DNA from: Hypanus sabinus
Lineage: Eukaryota
Reading direction: 5' to 3'
Assembly: GCF_030144855.1 (NCBI RefSeq)
Contig: NC_082709.1
Coordinates: 149,048,001-149,112,000 of the forward strand
DNA length: 64,000 nt
The notes beneath the pieces were generated by a model. That model was not told the origin of the DNA. It made no database searches and was given only the letters and a program-made list of their open reading frames with translations. The position numbers and the translations under genes are program-made. Positions 23,102-36,965 of the stretch are shown piece by piece. Position 1 is the stretch's first letter, and every line of letters begins with the position of its first letter.

Positions 23102-26100
23102 ACTTTTGTCTAGACCCAGTTTTAGCCAGGTCAACAAAGGTTATTACAAAATCAAAAGTAGTAAAATTAACTTTATCATTGATGAAAGATTTAAATTTGA
23201 TTGATATATGGAGAAGAATTAACTGAAGAGAAAGAGATTATTCATTTTATTCAAATAGACATAAAACTTACTAAGGATAGATTTTTTTCCTGTTATCAAT
23301 GAATACTCAGGATAAAGTGAAAAATATGGAATATAAAGCAAGAATATTGTCAGATCATTCCCCCTTGATAATGACAATGATAATGATGGATAAGGAGGAA
23401 CCGATTTACAGATGGAGATTTAATTCAATATTATTAAAACGTCAAGATTTTTGTGATTTTATGAAAAAACAGATTCAGTTTTTTTTTAGATATAAACTCA
23501 CATTCAGTTGATGATAAATTTTTATTATGGGAAGCGATGAAGGCATATTTGAGGGGCCAGATAATAAATTATACTTCTAAAATTAAGAAGGAATATATGG
23601 TAGAAACAGATCAATTGGAAAAAGAGATTACAAAATTAGAAAAGGAATCTCAAACTTATATGACAGAAGAAAAATGAAGACAACTTGTAAATAAGAAGCT
23701 ACAGTATAATACACTTCAGACATACCAAACAGAAAAAGCAATTATGAGAACTAAACAGAGATATTACGAACTAAGTGAAAGATAACACAAGATTCTTGCT
23801 TGGCAGTTAAAAACAGTACAGGCTTCCAAAACGATAAATGCAATTAGAACAAGTGTAAATAAAATTACTTATAAACCTTTAGAAATTAATGAAACCTCTA
23901 AAAGTTTCTATTCTGAATTATATCAATCAGAATCACAAAATGATATTGTTGAGATAGAAAGATTTTTGTCACAAATAACTCTCCCAAAATTGAATTTGGA
24001 AGAACAGAAGGGATTAGATATGCCTTTTACATTAAAACAGATTGAAGAAGCTCTAGGATCACTTCAGAGTAATAAATCTCCTGGAGAAGATGGTTTTCCA
24101 CCTGAATTTTATAAAAAGTTTAAAGATTTATTAATTCCTTTTTTTATGGAGTTAATACATCAAGCGGAAAGAACACATAAACTTCCAGAATCTTTTTCGA
24201 CAGCGATTTTAATAGTATTGTCAAAAAAGATAGAGATCTTTTAAAGCCAACATCATATAGGCCTAATTCTTTGTTGAACATGGACTATAAAATAATAGCA
24301 AAGATTTTATCTAATAGATTATCTAAATACTTACCAAAATTAATACATATGGATCAAACAGGATTTATTAAAAACAGACAATTGGCAGATAATGTAACTT
24401 GGATACTTAGTATAATTCATTTGGCACAGAAGAGGGAGGAAATGAGCGTGGCAGTTGCTTTGGATGCAGAAAAAGCATTTAATAGATTGGGATGAGATTT
24501 TTTATTTAAGGTATTGGAAAAATATGGATTAGGAGTATCTTTTATAAATCGGATTAAAACCTTAAATACTAATCCCAAAGACAAACGGCCAAATTTCAAC
24601 ATCATTTCAGTTAACAAGGTCAACTAGACAAGGTTGTTCATTTTCACCTGCTTTATTTATATTGGCGATAGAACCATTAGCTGAATTAATTAGAACTGAC
24701 TCAGATATTATGGGTTTCAGAGTTAATCAGGAGAAATATAAGATTAACATATTTGCTGATGATGTTCTGCTTTATCTACCAAACCCATTGTATTTGTTGC
24801 GTAAATTATCTTCTAGATTGGAAGAATATGGGAAAATATCAGGGTACAAAATAAATTGGGATAAAAGTGAAATTTTACCCCTTACTAAAGGAGACTATAG
24901 TCAATGTCGATTAATAACTCAATTTAGATGGCCGATAAATGGTATAAAGTATTTAGGTATAAGAGTTGATAACGACATAAAGAATTTATATAAATTAAAT
25001 TATTTGCCATTATTGAAAAAAATTCAAGAAGATCTTGATAAATGGATGATGTTACCAATAACATTAGTAGGTAGAGTCAATTCTGTAAAAATGAATATAT
25101 TTCCTAGATTACAATATTTATTCCAAACACTACCAATACAACTACCGCAAAAGTTTTTTCAAGAGTTAAATAAATATGTGAGAAAGTTCCTTTGGAAAGG
25201 TAAGATGTCAAGAATATCACTGGAAAAATTGACATGGAAATTTGACCTAGGAGGGTTACAATTACCAAACATTAAGAATTATTATAAAGCAAATCAACTT
25301 AGATTTATTGCATCTTTTTTGATGAAGATAAACCGGCATGGATTAGAATAGAACTAGATAAAATAGGAGAAAATATACCAGAAGATTTTATATAAAAAGA
25401 GGAATCTAAATGGATACGGGAAAAGAAAGAATCCCTTATATTAAAACATTTGATTGATCTATGGAATAAGACAAATGTTGATGATGAGATAAAGAAATCT
25501 TTATTAGCAAAGAGACCTCTAATTGAGAATAGACTTATTCCTTTTACAATGGATAACCAACTGTTATATAGCTGGTTTCAAAAAGGGATTAGATATATAG
25601 GAGATTGTTTTGAAGGAGGTATATTAATGTCATTTGATCAATTAAAGAATAAATATAAAATATCAAATAACACTCTTTTCTATTATTTCCAAATAAGGGC
25701 TTATTTAAGAGATAAACTGGGTCAAGCAATGTTAATGCCAAAATCTAATGAAATAGAAACTTTAATACAAAAAGGAAAAATTAAAAAAATTACTTCTTGT
25801 TTGTATAATTTAATTCAAAAACAGACAATTATACAAGGAATTCATAAGTCAAGACAAAAATGGGAAACTGATTTGAATATTAAAATTGATGAAACAAATT
25901 GGTCAAGATTATGTCTTGACAGTATGACAAATACAACAAATGTCCGACTTAGATTAGTACAATACAATTTCTTACATCAATTATATATTACACCACAAAA
26001 AATAAATATATTAAACCCAAATTTATCTGATCAATGTTTTTGATGTAATCAAGAAATTGGTCCTTTTTTACATTCGGTCTTGTTTTAAAATTCAACCTTT

Positions 26101-29100
26101 TTGGAAAAATTTAAGAGTTTTATTGGAACACAACTTCCACATAACCCAATATTATTTTTACTAGGTGATATTGAAGGGATAAAACTGAAACCTAAATTGA
26201 ACAAATATCAGAAAGAATTCATAAAAATTGCATTGGCAGTAGCCAAAAAGGCTGTTGCAGTTACTTGGAAATCAGACTCATACTTAAGTATGGATCGTTG
26301 GAAGAATGAAATTTTTAGCAGCATTCCACTTGAAAAAATTATTTATAATTTAAGACATATTTCTGAAAATTTGGCACCCTGATTTACAAAAGATAGGATT
26401 AAATATATAGGTGCTCTGAAGATAAAGTTATTGGTTACCTGGGGAAATAAATAAATATATATATTAAAGGTATTTTGAATTCCATGGAGCATGTGGGGAT
26501 NNNNNNNNNNNNNNNNNNNNNNNNNNNNNNNNNNNNNNNNNNNNNNNNNNNNNNNNNNNNNNNNNNNNNNNNNNNNNNNNNNNNNNNNNNNNNNNNNNNN
26601 NNNNNNNNNNNNNNNNNNNNNNNNNNNNNNNNNNNNNNNNNNNNNNNNNNNNNNNNNNNNNNNNNNNNNNNNNNNNNNNNATAGAGTAGAACAGAATAAC
26701 ATCAGCCCTCCCCGTCCCCTTAACCCCTCCCCCTAACANNNNNNNNNNNNNNNNNNNNNNNNNNNNNNNNNNNNNNNNNNNNNNNNNNNNNNNNNNNNNN
26801 NNNNNNNNNNNNNNNNNNNNNNNNNNNNNNNNNNNNNNNNNNNNNNNNNNNNNNNNNNNNNNNNNNNNNNNNNNNNNNNNNNNNNNNNNNNNNNNNNNNN
26901 NNNNNNNNNNNNNNNNNNNNNNNNNNNNNGATCCCCACATGCTCCATGGAATTCAAAATACCTTTAATATATATATTTATTTATTTCCCCAGGTAACCAA
27001 TAACTTTATCTTCAGAGCACCTATATATTTAATCCTATCTTTTGTAAATCAGGGTGCCAAATTTTCAGAAATATGTCTTAAATTATAAATAATTTTTTCA
27101 AGTGGAATGCTGCTAAAAATTTCATTCTTCCAACGATCCATACTTAAGTATGAGTCTGATTTCCAAGTAACTGCAACAGCCTTTTTGGCTACTGCCAATG
27201 CAATTTTTATGAATTCTTTCTGATATTTGTTCAATTTAGGTTTCAGTTTTATCCCTTCAATATCACCTAGTAAAAATAATATTGGGTTATGTGGAAGTTG
27301 TGTTCCAATAAAACTCTTAAATTTTTCCAAAAAGGTTGAATTTTAAAACAAGACCGAATGTAAAAAAGGACCAATTTCTTGATTACATCAAAAACATTGA
27401 TCAGATAAATTTGGGTTTAATATATTTATTTTTTGTGGTGTAATATATAATTGATGTAAGAAATTGTATTGTACTAATCTAAGTCGGACATTTGTTGTAT
27501 TTGTCATACTGTCAAGACATAATCTTGACCAATTTGTTTCATCAATTTTAATATTCAAATCAGTTTCCCATTTTTGTCTTGACTTATGAATTCCTTGTAT
27601 AATTGTCTGTTTTTGAATTAAATTATACAAACAAGAAGTAATTTTTTTAATTTTTCCTTTTTGTATTAAAGTTTCTATTTCATTAGATTTTGGCATTAAC
27701 ATTGCTTGACCCAGTTTATCTCTTAAATAAGCCCTTATTTGGAAATAATAGAAAAGAGTGTTATTTGATATTTTATATTTATTCTTTAATTGATCAAATG
27801 ACATTAATATACCTCCTTCAAAACAATCTCCTATATATCTAATCCCTTTTTGAAACCAGCTATATAACAGTTGGTTATCCATTGTAAAAGGAATAAGTCT
27901 ATTCTCAATTAGAGGTCTCTTTGCTAATAAAGATTTCTTTATCTCATCATCAACATTTGTCTTATTCCATAGATCAATCAAATGTTTTAATATAAGGGAT
28001 TCTTTCTTTTCCCGTATCCATTTAGATTCCTCTTTTTATATAAAATCTTCTGGTATATTTTCTCCTATTTTATCTAGTTCTATTCTAATCCATGCCGGTT
28101 TATCTTCATCAAAAAAGATGCAATAAATCTAAGTTGATTTGCTTTATAATAATTCTTAATGTTTGGTAATTGTAACCCTCCTAGGTCAAATTTCCATGTC
28201 AATTTTTCCAGTGATATTCTTGACATCTTACCTTTCCAAAGGAACTTTCTCACATATTTATTTAACTCTTGAAAAAACTTTTGCGGTAGTTGTATTGGTA
28301 GTGTTTGGAATAAATATTGTAATCTAGGAAATATATTCATTTTTACAGAATTGACTCTACCTACTAATGTTATTGGTAACATCATCCATTTATCAAGATC
28401 TTCTTGAATTTTTTTCAATAATGGCAAATAATTTAATTTATATAAATTCTTTATGTCGTTATCAACTCTTATACCTAAATACTTTATACCATTTATCGGC
28501 CATCTAAATTGAGTTATTAATCGACATTGACTATAGTCTCCTTTAGTAAGGGGTAAAATTTCACTTTTATCCCAATTTATTTTGTACCCTGATATTTTCC
28601 CATATTCTTCCAATCTAGAAGATAATTTACGCAACAAATACAATGGGTTTGGTAGATAAAGCAGAACATCATCAGCAAATATGTTAATCTTATATTTCTC
28701 CTGATTAACTCTGAAACCCATAATATCTGAGTCAGTTCTAATTAATTCAGCTAATGGTTCTATCGCCAATATAAATAAAGCAGGTGAAAATGAACAACCT
28801 TGTCTAGTTGACCTTGTTAACTGAAATGATGTTGAAATTTGGCCGTTTGTCTTTGGGATTAGTATTTAAGGTTTTAATCCGATTTATAAAAGATACTCCT
28901 AATCCATATTTTTCCAATACCTTAAATAAAAAATCTCATCCCAATCTATTAAATGCTTTTTCTGCATCCAAAGCAACTGCCACGCTCATTTCCTCCCTCT
29001 TCTGTGCCAAATGAATTATACTAAGTATCCAAGTTACATTATCTGCCAATTGTCTGTTTTTAATAAATCCTGTTTGATCCATATGTATTAATTTTGGTAA

Positions 29101-30328
29101 GTATTTAGATAATCTATTAGATAAAATCTTTGCTATTATTTTATAGTCCATGTTCAACAAAGAATTAGGCCTATATGATGTTGGCTTTAAAAGATCTCTA
29201 TCTTTTTTGACAATACTATTAAAATCGCTGTCGAAAAAGATTCTGGAAGTTTATGTGTTCTTTCCGCTTGATGTATTAACTCCATAAAAAAAGGAATTAA
29301 TAAATCTTTAAACTTTTTATAAAATTCAGGTGGAAAACCATCTTCTCCAGGAGATTTATTACTCTGAAGTGATCCTAGAGCTTCTTCAATCTGTTTTAAT
29401 GTAAAAGGCATATCTAATCCCTTCTGTTCTTCCAAATTCAATTTTGGGAGAGTTATTTGTGACAAAAATCTTTCTATCTCAACAATATCATTTTGTGATT
29501 CTGATTGATATAATTCAGAATAGAAACTTTTAGAGGTTTCATTAATTTCTAAAGGTTTATAAGTAATTTTATTTACACTTGTTCTAATTGCATTTATCGT
29601 TTTGGAAGCCTGTACTGTTTTTAACTGCCAAGCAAGAATCTTGTGTTATCTTTCACTTAGTTCGTAATATCTCTGTTTAGTTCTCATAATTGCTTTTTCT
29701 GTTTGGTATGTCTGAAGTGTATTATACTGTAGCTTCTTATTTACAAGTTGTCTTCATTTTTCTTCTGTCATATAAGTTTGAGATTCCTTTTCTAATTTTG
29801 TAATCTCTTTTTCCAATTGATCTGTTTCTACCATATATTCCTTCTTAATTTTAGAAGTATAATTTATTATCTGGCCCCTCAAATATGCCTTCATCGCTTC
29901 CCATAATAAAAATTTATCATCAACTGAATGTGAGTTTATATCTAAAAAAAACTGAATCTGTTTTTTCATAAAATCACAAAAATCTTGACGTTTTAATAAT
30001 ATTGAATTAAATCTCCATCTGTAAATCGGTTCCTCCTTATCCATCATTATCATTGTCATTATCAAGGGGGAATGATCTGACAATATTCTTGCTTTATATT
30101 CCATATTTTTCACTTTATCCTGAGTATTCATTGATAACAGGAAAAAAATCTATCCTTAGTAAGTTTTATGTCTATTTGAATAAAATGAATAATCTCTTTC
30201 TCTTCAGTTAATTCTTCTCCATATATCAATCAAATTTAAATCTTTCATCAATGATAAAGTTAATTTTACTACTTTTGATTTTGTAATAACCTTTGTTGAC
30301 CTGGCTAAAACTGGGTCTAGACAAAAGT
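23102..30328. repeat. Inverted duplication, arms 23102-26500 and 26931-30328
   Basis: Mirror ORFs with identical translations (e.g. 24662..25351 and 28080..28769); coordinate sums 53431/53430; only difference noticed is a T9 versus A8 run. Confidence 0.95.
26501..26929. other. Assembly gaps with a 58-nt island
   Basis: N runs 26501-26680 and 26739-26929; island 26681-26738 is largely the reverse complement of 30331-30377. Confidence 0.95.
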
Positions 30329-30756
30329 CTAGGGTTAAGGGGACGGGGAGGGCTGATGTTATTCTGTTCTACTCTATGTAGCCTATTTGAAAATTCAATA
30401 AAAATTTTTTAAAAAGAATTTCAAACACTGTGGGGACTGTTTCTGAATTATTTTCAAAGCCTTCAATTCATTGTTTAAACTCAGATGTTGACTATTATTA
30501 ACTTTTTATTATATGAGAAGGTATTTTACTTTCTTTTTCCCTCAATGAACAGCTTCAGTCTTGGTAGGGGTTAAATTCTTTTTTTTGTAATAAATTAGTA
30601 TATTTCAATATAACTATTGATTAACTTACATGAATACAGGTAATTAGATTGTTATTATGAACAAATAATGTAATTGGTAGTTTTTAATTTTTTTTAACCT
30701 TTTATATACACTTTCATGTACTCCGTATTTTTCCCACATAGAAACTAATAAAAATA

Positions 30757-32120
30757 TTAGAAAAGAAATATATACATGGACTTGGTCTCCACCACAGTCC
30801 GTGGAAGAGCATTCAATAGATTTACTACTCTCCGGCTAAAAGAATTTCTGCTTACCTTTATTCTGAAGGGTTGCTCCTCAATTTTGAGGCTGTGCTTTCT
30901 AGTCTGAATACCCTCACACTTAGGAAATATCCTCTCCATATCCACCCTATCTAGTCATTTCAACATTTGGTAGCTTTCAATGAGATCCCCATGCATTCTT
31001 CTAAATTGTTACCCAAAACTGTTGATAATACTCTGTGCAGCCTGACTAGTGACTTATAAAGCCTCAGCATTATGTCCTTGCTTTTATATTCTATTCCCCT
31101 TGAAATAAATGCCAACATTGCATTTGCCTTCTTTACCACAGACCTAACCTGCAAATTAACCTTCTGAGAGTGTTGCAAGAGGACTGCTAAGTCCTTCTAC
31201 ATCTCTGATGTTTGAACCTTCTCTCCATTTAGATAAAAGTTCACACTATTGTTCCTTTTACCAAAATGTGTTATCATACATTTCCCAACACTGTATTCCA
31301 TCAGCAACTTCTTTGACCATTCTTCCAAGTCCTACTGCAATCACATTGCCTCCTCAGCACAACCTACCCCTCAACCTATCTTCATATCATCTGCAAACTT
31401 TTCCATAAAGACTTCAATTTCACTATCTAAATCATTGACTAACAATGTGAAAACTAATGGTCCCAATACTGGTCCCCTGAGGAACACCACTAGTCACTGT
31501 CAGCCAAACAAAAAGGCCTCTTTTATTCCCACTCACTGCCTCCTGCCTGTCAGCCATTCTGCTAACCATGCCGGTATCTTTCCTGTAACGCCATAGGATT
31601 TTATCTTATTAAGCAGCCTCATGTGTGGCACTTTATCAAATGCCTTCTGAAAATCAAAGTAAATCCACAGCCTCTCCATTGTCCATCCTGCTGGTTACTT
31701 CCTTGAAGAACTCTAACAGATTTGTCAGGCAAGATTTCCCTTCTCAGAAACCATGCTGATTTTGTCTTATTTTATCGTTAGTCTCCAAGTACCTTGGAAC
31801 CTCATCCTTAATAATAGACTCCAACACTTCCCCAGCCACTGAGGTTAGGCTAACTGGCCTATAATTTCCTTTCTTTTTCCTTCCTCTCTCCTTAAAGAGT
31901 GGAGTGACATTGGCAATGTTCCAGTCCTCCAGGACCATGCCAGAGTCAAGTGATTCTTGAAAGATCATGGCCAATGCACCTGTTATCTCTTCAGCAACCT
32001 TGTTCAGGACTCTGAGATGTAGTCCATCTCATTTCCTAAGAGGAGAGCCAATATTGTTCCTTCCAGAGTAGGTTCCCCTATAATTTGTAAGAGGAAACTA
32101 TCTTGGAAGCACCACTCAAA
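30757..32120 (-). mobile_element. CR1 RT and 3' fragments
   Basis: Minus ORFs 30757..30945, 30960..31178, 31744..31974 (EDWNIANVTPLFK, YRPVSLTS). Confidence 0.85.
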
Positions 32121-32121
32121 T

Positions 32122-34790
32122 TTATCTGATGTCCAGCCATGAACAAGTTTCTGCAAATTTCTCCGCAGTGCACATTCCATGGCAGTGCAGACCTGATTTG
32201 TTACTGCACCCTTATTTTCACCTTAATTTTGCTATTTTGATTTTGCATTGTATAAGTTTAATACATTTGATCTTAAGCAATAGCAATTACTTGACCACAA
32301 AGTTATTTTCTACACTGTATGTTAATTTACATTGTATACGTTTAATTCTGGTTTTAATCATAATTTTACAATCAGAAATTCTCTCAATGTTTAAAGCAAT
32401 GGCGCAAAATAGCTGTTGATACTTTCAGTGTCAGTTGCGCATACGGTATGGTGCTGCACTTGACATGTTGCACGATAATTCATATTCAAATATCACACCG
32501 GACACATAGCAAAATAACAACAGCTCTGCACTTGGATATCAGAATGTGAAAGGTACAAGTTATATCACTGAATATCTTTTTTTAAAATTCACCATCTTCC
32601 TATAAACCACCGGAGATACGGAAGGACGCGGCAATGTAGGAGGCCAGCTGGCTCTTACACTGCACGGGAGTTTCAAGGTATAATTTGGCGTAAATGAGAA
32701 AGCAGCAGTAGTTCCCACACGTCTGCACTCTTCCTCCTCCCCGCCCCAGCAAGCAGTTATCAATTGTCCTCAGGATCTGTACACACTACGCAGCCAGGTA
32801 GTTCATTCCAAATACCGGCCTCTTTTAAAACGAGGTCAATGGTGTATTGCCAGTCAACTTAATTCCCAGCCCTTTTGTTGCCTTATACGTGGATAAATCT
32901 TACTTATTATGGAATATTTTGCACATTTTCCCTGCGTTGTCTATTAAAATGAGTTAATCTTCCTCGGACAATCGACACAACTGGACTCTTGCGCTCTTCT
33001 AACTATCCATTTTAACCTAAAAAGGCGGAGATGATAATTGGCAACGATAATCCCGAGTGAAGCCACGCTAACATTTTACAGAGGTTTCGTATAACATCCG
33101 ACTTGTTCAATCGGTGTAAATTTCTAAATCCTTGAAGATACTCGCTATCGGTAGCATTGCTCATTTCTATGTCGCCATTAATTGTTTCTACAAAAACGCT
33201 CCAATTTGCCTACCATCATATCCGGTCCATAGCCGTATCTGGTTAAATAAATCAGGTTACCTTTGGGTATTTTAGTTAGAATTCTAAAAGTTATGATAAA
33301 AAGTCATTCAGTTGAAACACTGTGTCGTCAGGGACCCTCTGAATGGGAACTCTGGACCTAACTGATATCGTCACCAACTGTCGATTACAGTTGTACTCGC
33401 TGACTTTGAGATTTTCTTTTACCCGTGTAAACCCACCTTGGCTGAATCTGAAACTTTTCCTTATTCCTTATAGACTCATTCCGGTTCTGTGCCGAACTAA
33501 GCAGGTCGCTCCCGCCGAGAGTTGCCCGCAGCTGGAATCATAGGCTCTCGAGACGGTCCCCATTTACCCTCAAGGGGCCCACCTCTGTTTAACCGAGACA
33601 TCTCCCGTAACAGTCCAAGAAATGTTCAGATCTCTCGGGGAAAATCCTGCAGCCACACGAATAAGTGTGTAAATACCAGCAGCTTCATTCTTCGGATTCA
33701 GTGAGAGAGAGACGTTAGGCTTCACCGCACAAACCCCGCCGACAACACGTTGTGAATTTTGTTTTTACACAGATGGATACATGTGTGGACACAACTGAAG
33801 ACGGTGCACGGATACAAAGGAAACAATGTAAACTGAACTGATTAGCTTGTGTCTCAAAATGCACACCGGCAGGAGGAGAAATAAAATAAAATAAAAGAGA
33901 AAGGAATGAATTCGAAGTGTTAGAGCGAGTGAAAATTTAAAAAAAAGGTAGTTGCCTGAGATCTGGAATTAAAAATTGAAACAGCAGAGAAACTGAACAG
34001 AATTACAACCTTCTGCAGCTTCTTTCGGTCCGGCGCAGTAGCCCCTCAATACCAGATGGTTTGCAGCCTGTCAGAATGGTACGACTAAATAAAGTTTTTG
34101 AGTGTATTTGTTGACATGCCAAATCTCTTTAAACTCCTAATAAAGTATAGCCGCTGTCCTCCCTTGGTAATAACTACATCGATAAATTGGACCAGGTTAG
34201 AAATTCAGAGATCTTGTTGGCGTTGCTAAAGCGGTCGGAGTGTTGCAATTCAACCGCCTCTCTTTCAGTGAACTTTTGGAAATCTGCACGAACGACCCTG
34301 CTGCACACCCAAGTTGTGGAGCTGTTGTATCAGCAGCATTTTCTGTATCTTCCCCGTACAGGGGATTGTTTGGGTGAAGGTTAATCCAATTACCTCGGGC
34401 CACAAAAGGAAAAGCCAAACTAAACGTGGCGAAGCCATACCACCCTCTGTGAAAAATCCCGAGCGACCAGCGAGCGCTCAGGCTGCAGAGTGCCTGTCTT
34501 CAACAAGTTCCAGCTGCCAATCCCGGCACTGTCCGGCGTCCGAGACCATTCTCGCCGGATCCTCCGGCTCCTCCTCGATTCGCAGGGGCTATTGAATCGA
34601 GCTGTTTGCCCTCGACGAGGGGTCAAAACCGTAGGGGACTGGATAATTTTTAGACTGACAACGATCCCTGCGATTACCACCATCAGCAAATTGTGGAAGG
34701 AAAACGGGAATACTGTAGAAGACAGCAGCGGTGAAGGCGTGAATTGCCCATGAGAAAGAACCAGAACCATTTATTCCATTGGCAATAAAG
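32122..34790 (-). pseudogene. VJ-C1 receptor gene 3 pseudogene: leader remnant, V 34394-34667, C1 33437-33724, stalk/TM 33017-33187, tail exons 32904-32940, about 32600-32776, about 32385-32458, 32122-32192
   Basis: V: KIIQSPTVLTPRRGQTARFNS (Cys lost, shortened, stop); C1: VKPNVSLSLNPKNEAAGIYTLIRVAAGFSPRDLNISWTVTG then frameshift, acceptor cgg; leader donor gc; open 171-nt phase 1-1 exon ending MLAWLHSGLSLPIIISAFL. Confidence 0.8.
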
Positions 34791-34959
34791 AACAGTTCGC
34801 TTAATGTAGTGTTTCAAAACATACAGTAAGTAAAATCAATATCAGCAAAATTAATATTGAATACACACACGTCATCACTCATAGTTGAACCTACGCTGTG
34901 AGTTTCCTTTGTTTTACTTGGAAAGCGGCTTCGTAATGATCTTGCCTAAATCATATTTG

Positions 34960-35480
34960 ACAATAGACAATAGGTGCAGGAGTAGGCCATTCGGCCCTTC
35001 TAGCCAGCACCGCCATTCACTGTGATCATGGCTGATCAGACACAATCAGTACCCCATTCCTGCCCTCTCCCCATATCCCTTGACCCTGCTATCTATAAGA
35101 GCTCTATCTAACTCTCTCTTGAATGCATCCAGAGACTTGGCCTCCACTACCTTCTGGGGCAGAGCATTCCACATATCCACCACTCTCTGGGTGAAAAAGT
35201 TTTTCCGCATCTCTGTTCTAAATGGCCTACCCCTTATTCTTAAACTGTGGCCTCTAGTTCTGGACTCACCCATCAGCGGGAACATGCTTCCTGCCTCCAG
35301 CGTGTCCAATTTCTTAATAATCTTATATGTTTCTATCAGATCCCCTCGCATCCTTCTAAATTCCAGTGTATACAAGCCCAGTCGCTCCAATCTTTCAACA
35401 TATGACAGTCCCGCCATTCCGGGAATTAACCTTGTGAACCTAGGCTGCACTCCCTCAATAGCAAGAATGTCCTTCCTCAA
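34960..35480 (-). mobile_element. CR1 3' end
   Basis: ORF 35046..35480 (RFTRLIPGMAGLSYVERL, TRGHSLRI, FFTQRVV) and short tandem tail gacaata. Confidence 0.9.
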
Positions 35481-36295
35481 ATTTGGATCGGAAAGTTTTT
35501 ATTTCCCCTGTTCTGGGACCAAGTGGAGCACGAAACAACAGCGAAAGTGTACAGCACCTAATAGACATTGAATGCCGCCGGCAATGCAACTTGTTACTTT
35601 GGGTATACTGTTGCCATGTGTACTGAAATAGATTGAGAAGCTTTTGTACTGTGTGCCAGCCAGCCGGAATATTCCCTGAGATAGCTAAGAGGAAAACGGA
35701 TTGCAGAACAGTGCTACAGTTACAGAGAAAGTGCAAAGAAAGCAGAGAAGTGCGAGGAAAGTAACACGAAGAAAAAAGATAAATATCTGGGTCATCAAGT
35801 ATGTTTGTCCACCCAGAGACTCCGAGCCAGGTGATTCGAGATCGTTTCCTGACCCGAATTGCCTCTCACATCTCAGTAACCTTTTTCTACAATCAACACA
35901 TGCAGCTCAGTTCCATTTTATGTTCAATGTTCTGGATAAGGCTTGATCTTTAATTTACTATGAACTTCGCCACGCCACATTAATGAATTTGCCACGTCCA
36001 AAACGGTTGGACGGTTCAGCTTTAAGCAATATGTATCAATATTTTGGATGCAAAAACCAAATTCAATGTTTTTAAGTTTAGTGAATATGCTTGCGAGGAA
36101 AGCACAAAGAGAACAAAGTGAACAGGCAAAAAGGCAACAGAAACAATATAAACACAGGATAAATATTCACTTCAGAAGGATAAACATGAAGGCAGAATAC
36201 TATGTAAATGGTGACAGTTTGGGAAACATTACCATAGAAATGGGGTGTCCTTATCTACCACCAAACATTCAGGTGCAGCAAGACATAGGACAACA

Positions 36296-36365
36296 GGTGA
36301 CATGTTTTGTAAAAGATTTTGAATATTGTAAAAGATTTTGAATATTGTAAAACGTTTTGAATTCA
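36296..36365. repeat. Short tandem repeat ttgtaaaagattttgaata x3
   Basis: Direct reading. Confidence 0.8.
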
Positions 36366-36379
36366 GGACAGGTGATACC

Positions 36380-36965
36380 TTGCTATTAAAAAATGCCTTG
36401 GTGCGAGACAGTTTCTGGAATGTTTGGCTCCTTACCTAAACTATGCACATCCCTGAGGTTTTGCTGCATAGATTCACTAGATTCACTTAATAAGCTGGTA
36501 AGGAAGGCGGGCTCTGTCGTGGGCACAGAACTGGAGAGTATGACATCGGTGGCAGAGCGGAGGGCGCTGAGTAGGCTACGGTCAATCATGGAAAACCCTG
36601 AACCATCCAGAGACAGAGAAGCAGCTTCAGCGGCAGGTTGCTGTCAATGCAATGCTCCTCAGACAGGATGAAGAGATCATTACTCCCCAACGCCATTCGG
36701 CTCTACAATTCAACCACCAGGGGCAAGACATGTTATAGTGCCGGGGTTAGGACTGAGCTTAAGTTACCACTCAATGCACTTTAGTAAACTATTTAAGAAG
36801 TTTTTAAAAGCTATTTATTAATGCTTTTTGGGAGGGTGATTTTAGATGCATATCATATTTATACTGAATTAAATACTGTATGTAATTAGTTTTGCTACAA
36901 TAAGTGTATGGGACACTGGAAAAATGTTGAATTTCCCCTTGGAGATGAATAAAGTATCTATCTAT
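36380..36965 (+). mobile_element. Rex1-like LINE 3' fragment
   Basis: LNKLVRKAGSVVGTELESMTSVAERRALSRLRSIMENP and AT-rich tail ending tatc repeats. Confidence 0.7.

Larger units (their letters stand above)
20061..30415 (+). mobile_element. Full-length decayed L1-clade LINE (ORF1, EN-RT ORF2, 3' UTR)
   Basis: ORF1 (ENFSR*NNIKIVG, KRAHNTLRPKP, FYPDISY), EN (SFNVNGLN, FLQETHL, GGDFN, SDHSPL), RT (LDAEKAF, FADDVLLY); G-rich 5' end; AATAAA near 30398; TSD tttcaaacactg at 20049-20060 and 30419-30430. Confidence 0.88.

Noticed and set aside
26343-26956. ORFs with long X runs
   Set aside because: Artefacts of translating N gaps
34197-34380. Possible extra exon between gene 3 V and C1
   Set aside because: No Ig motifs in any frame and no convincing splice pair
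35480-35720. Minus-strand ATVYPK* as an ITSM-like tail exon
   Set aside because: Motif is incomplete and no homology to the other tails was seen
35795-35880. Minus-strand QFGSGNDLES followed by a gt, resembling a free J segment
   Set aside because: No Thr after FGSG, and the heptamer/nonamer-like matches are weak with a 10-nt spacer; likely chance
36048-36341. 97-aa plus-strand ORF as an upstream TTF2 exon
   Set aside because: No helicase motifs or splice support
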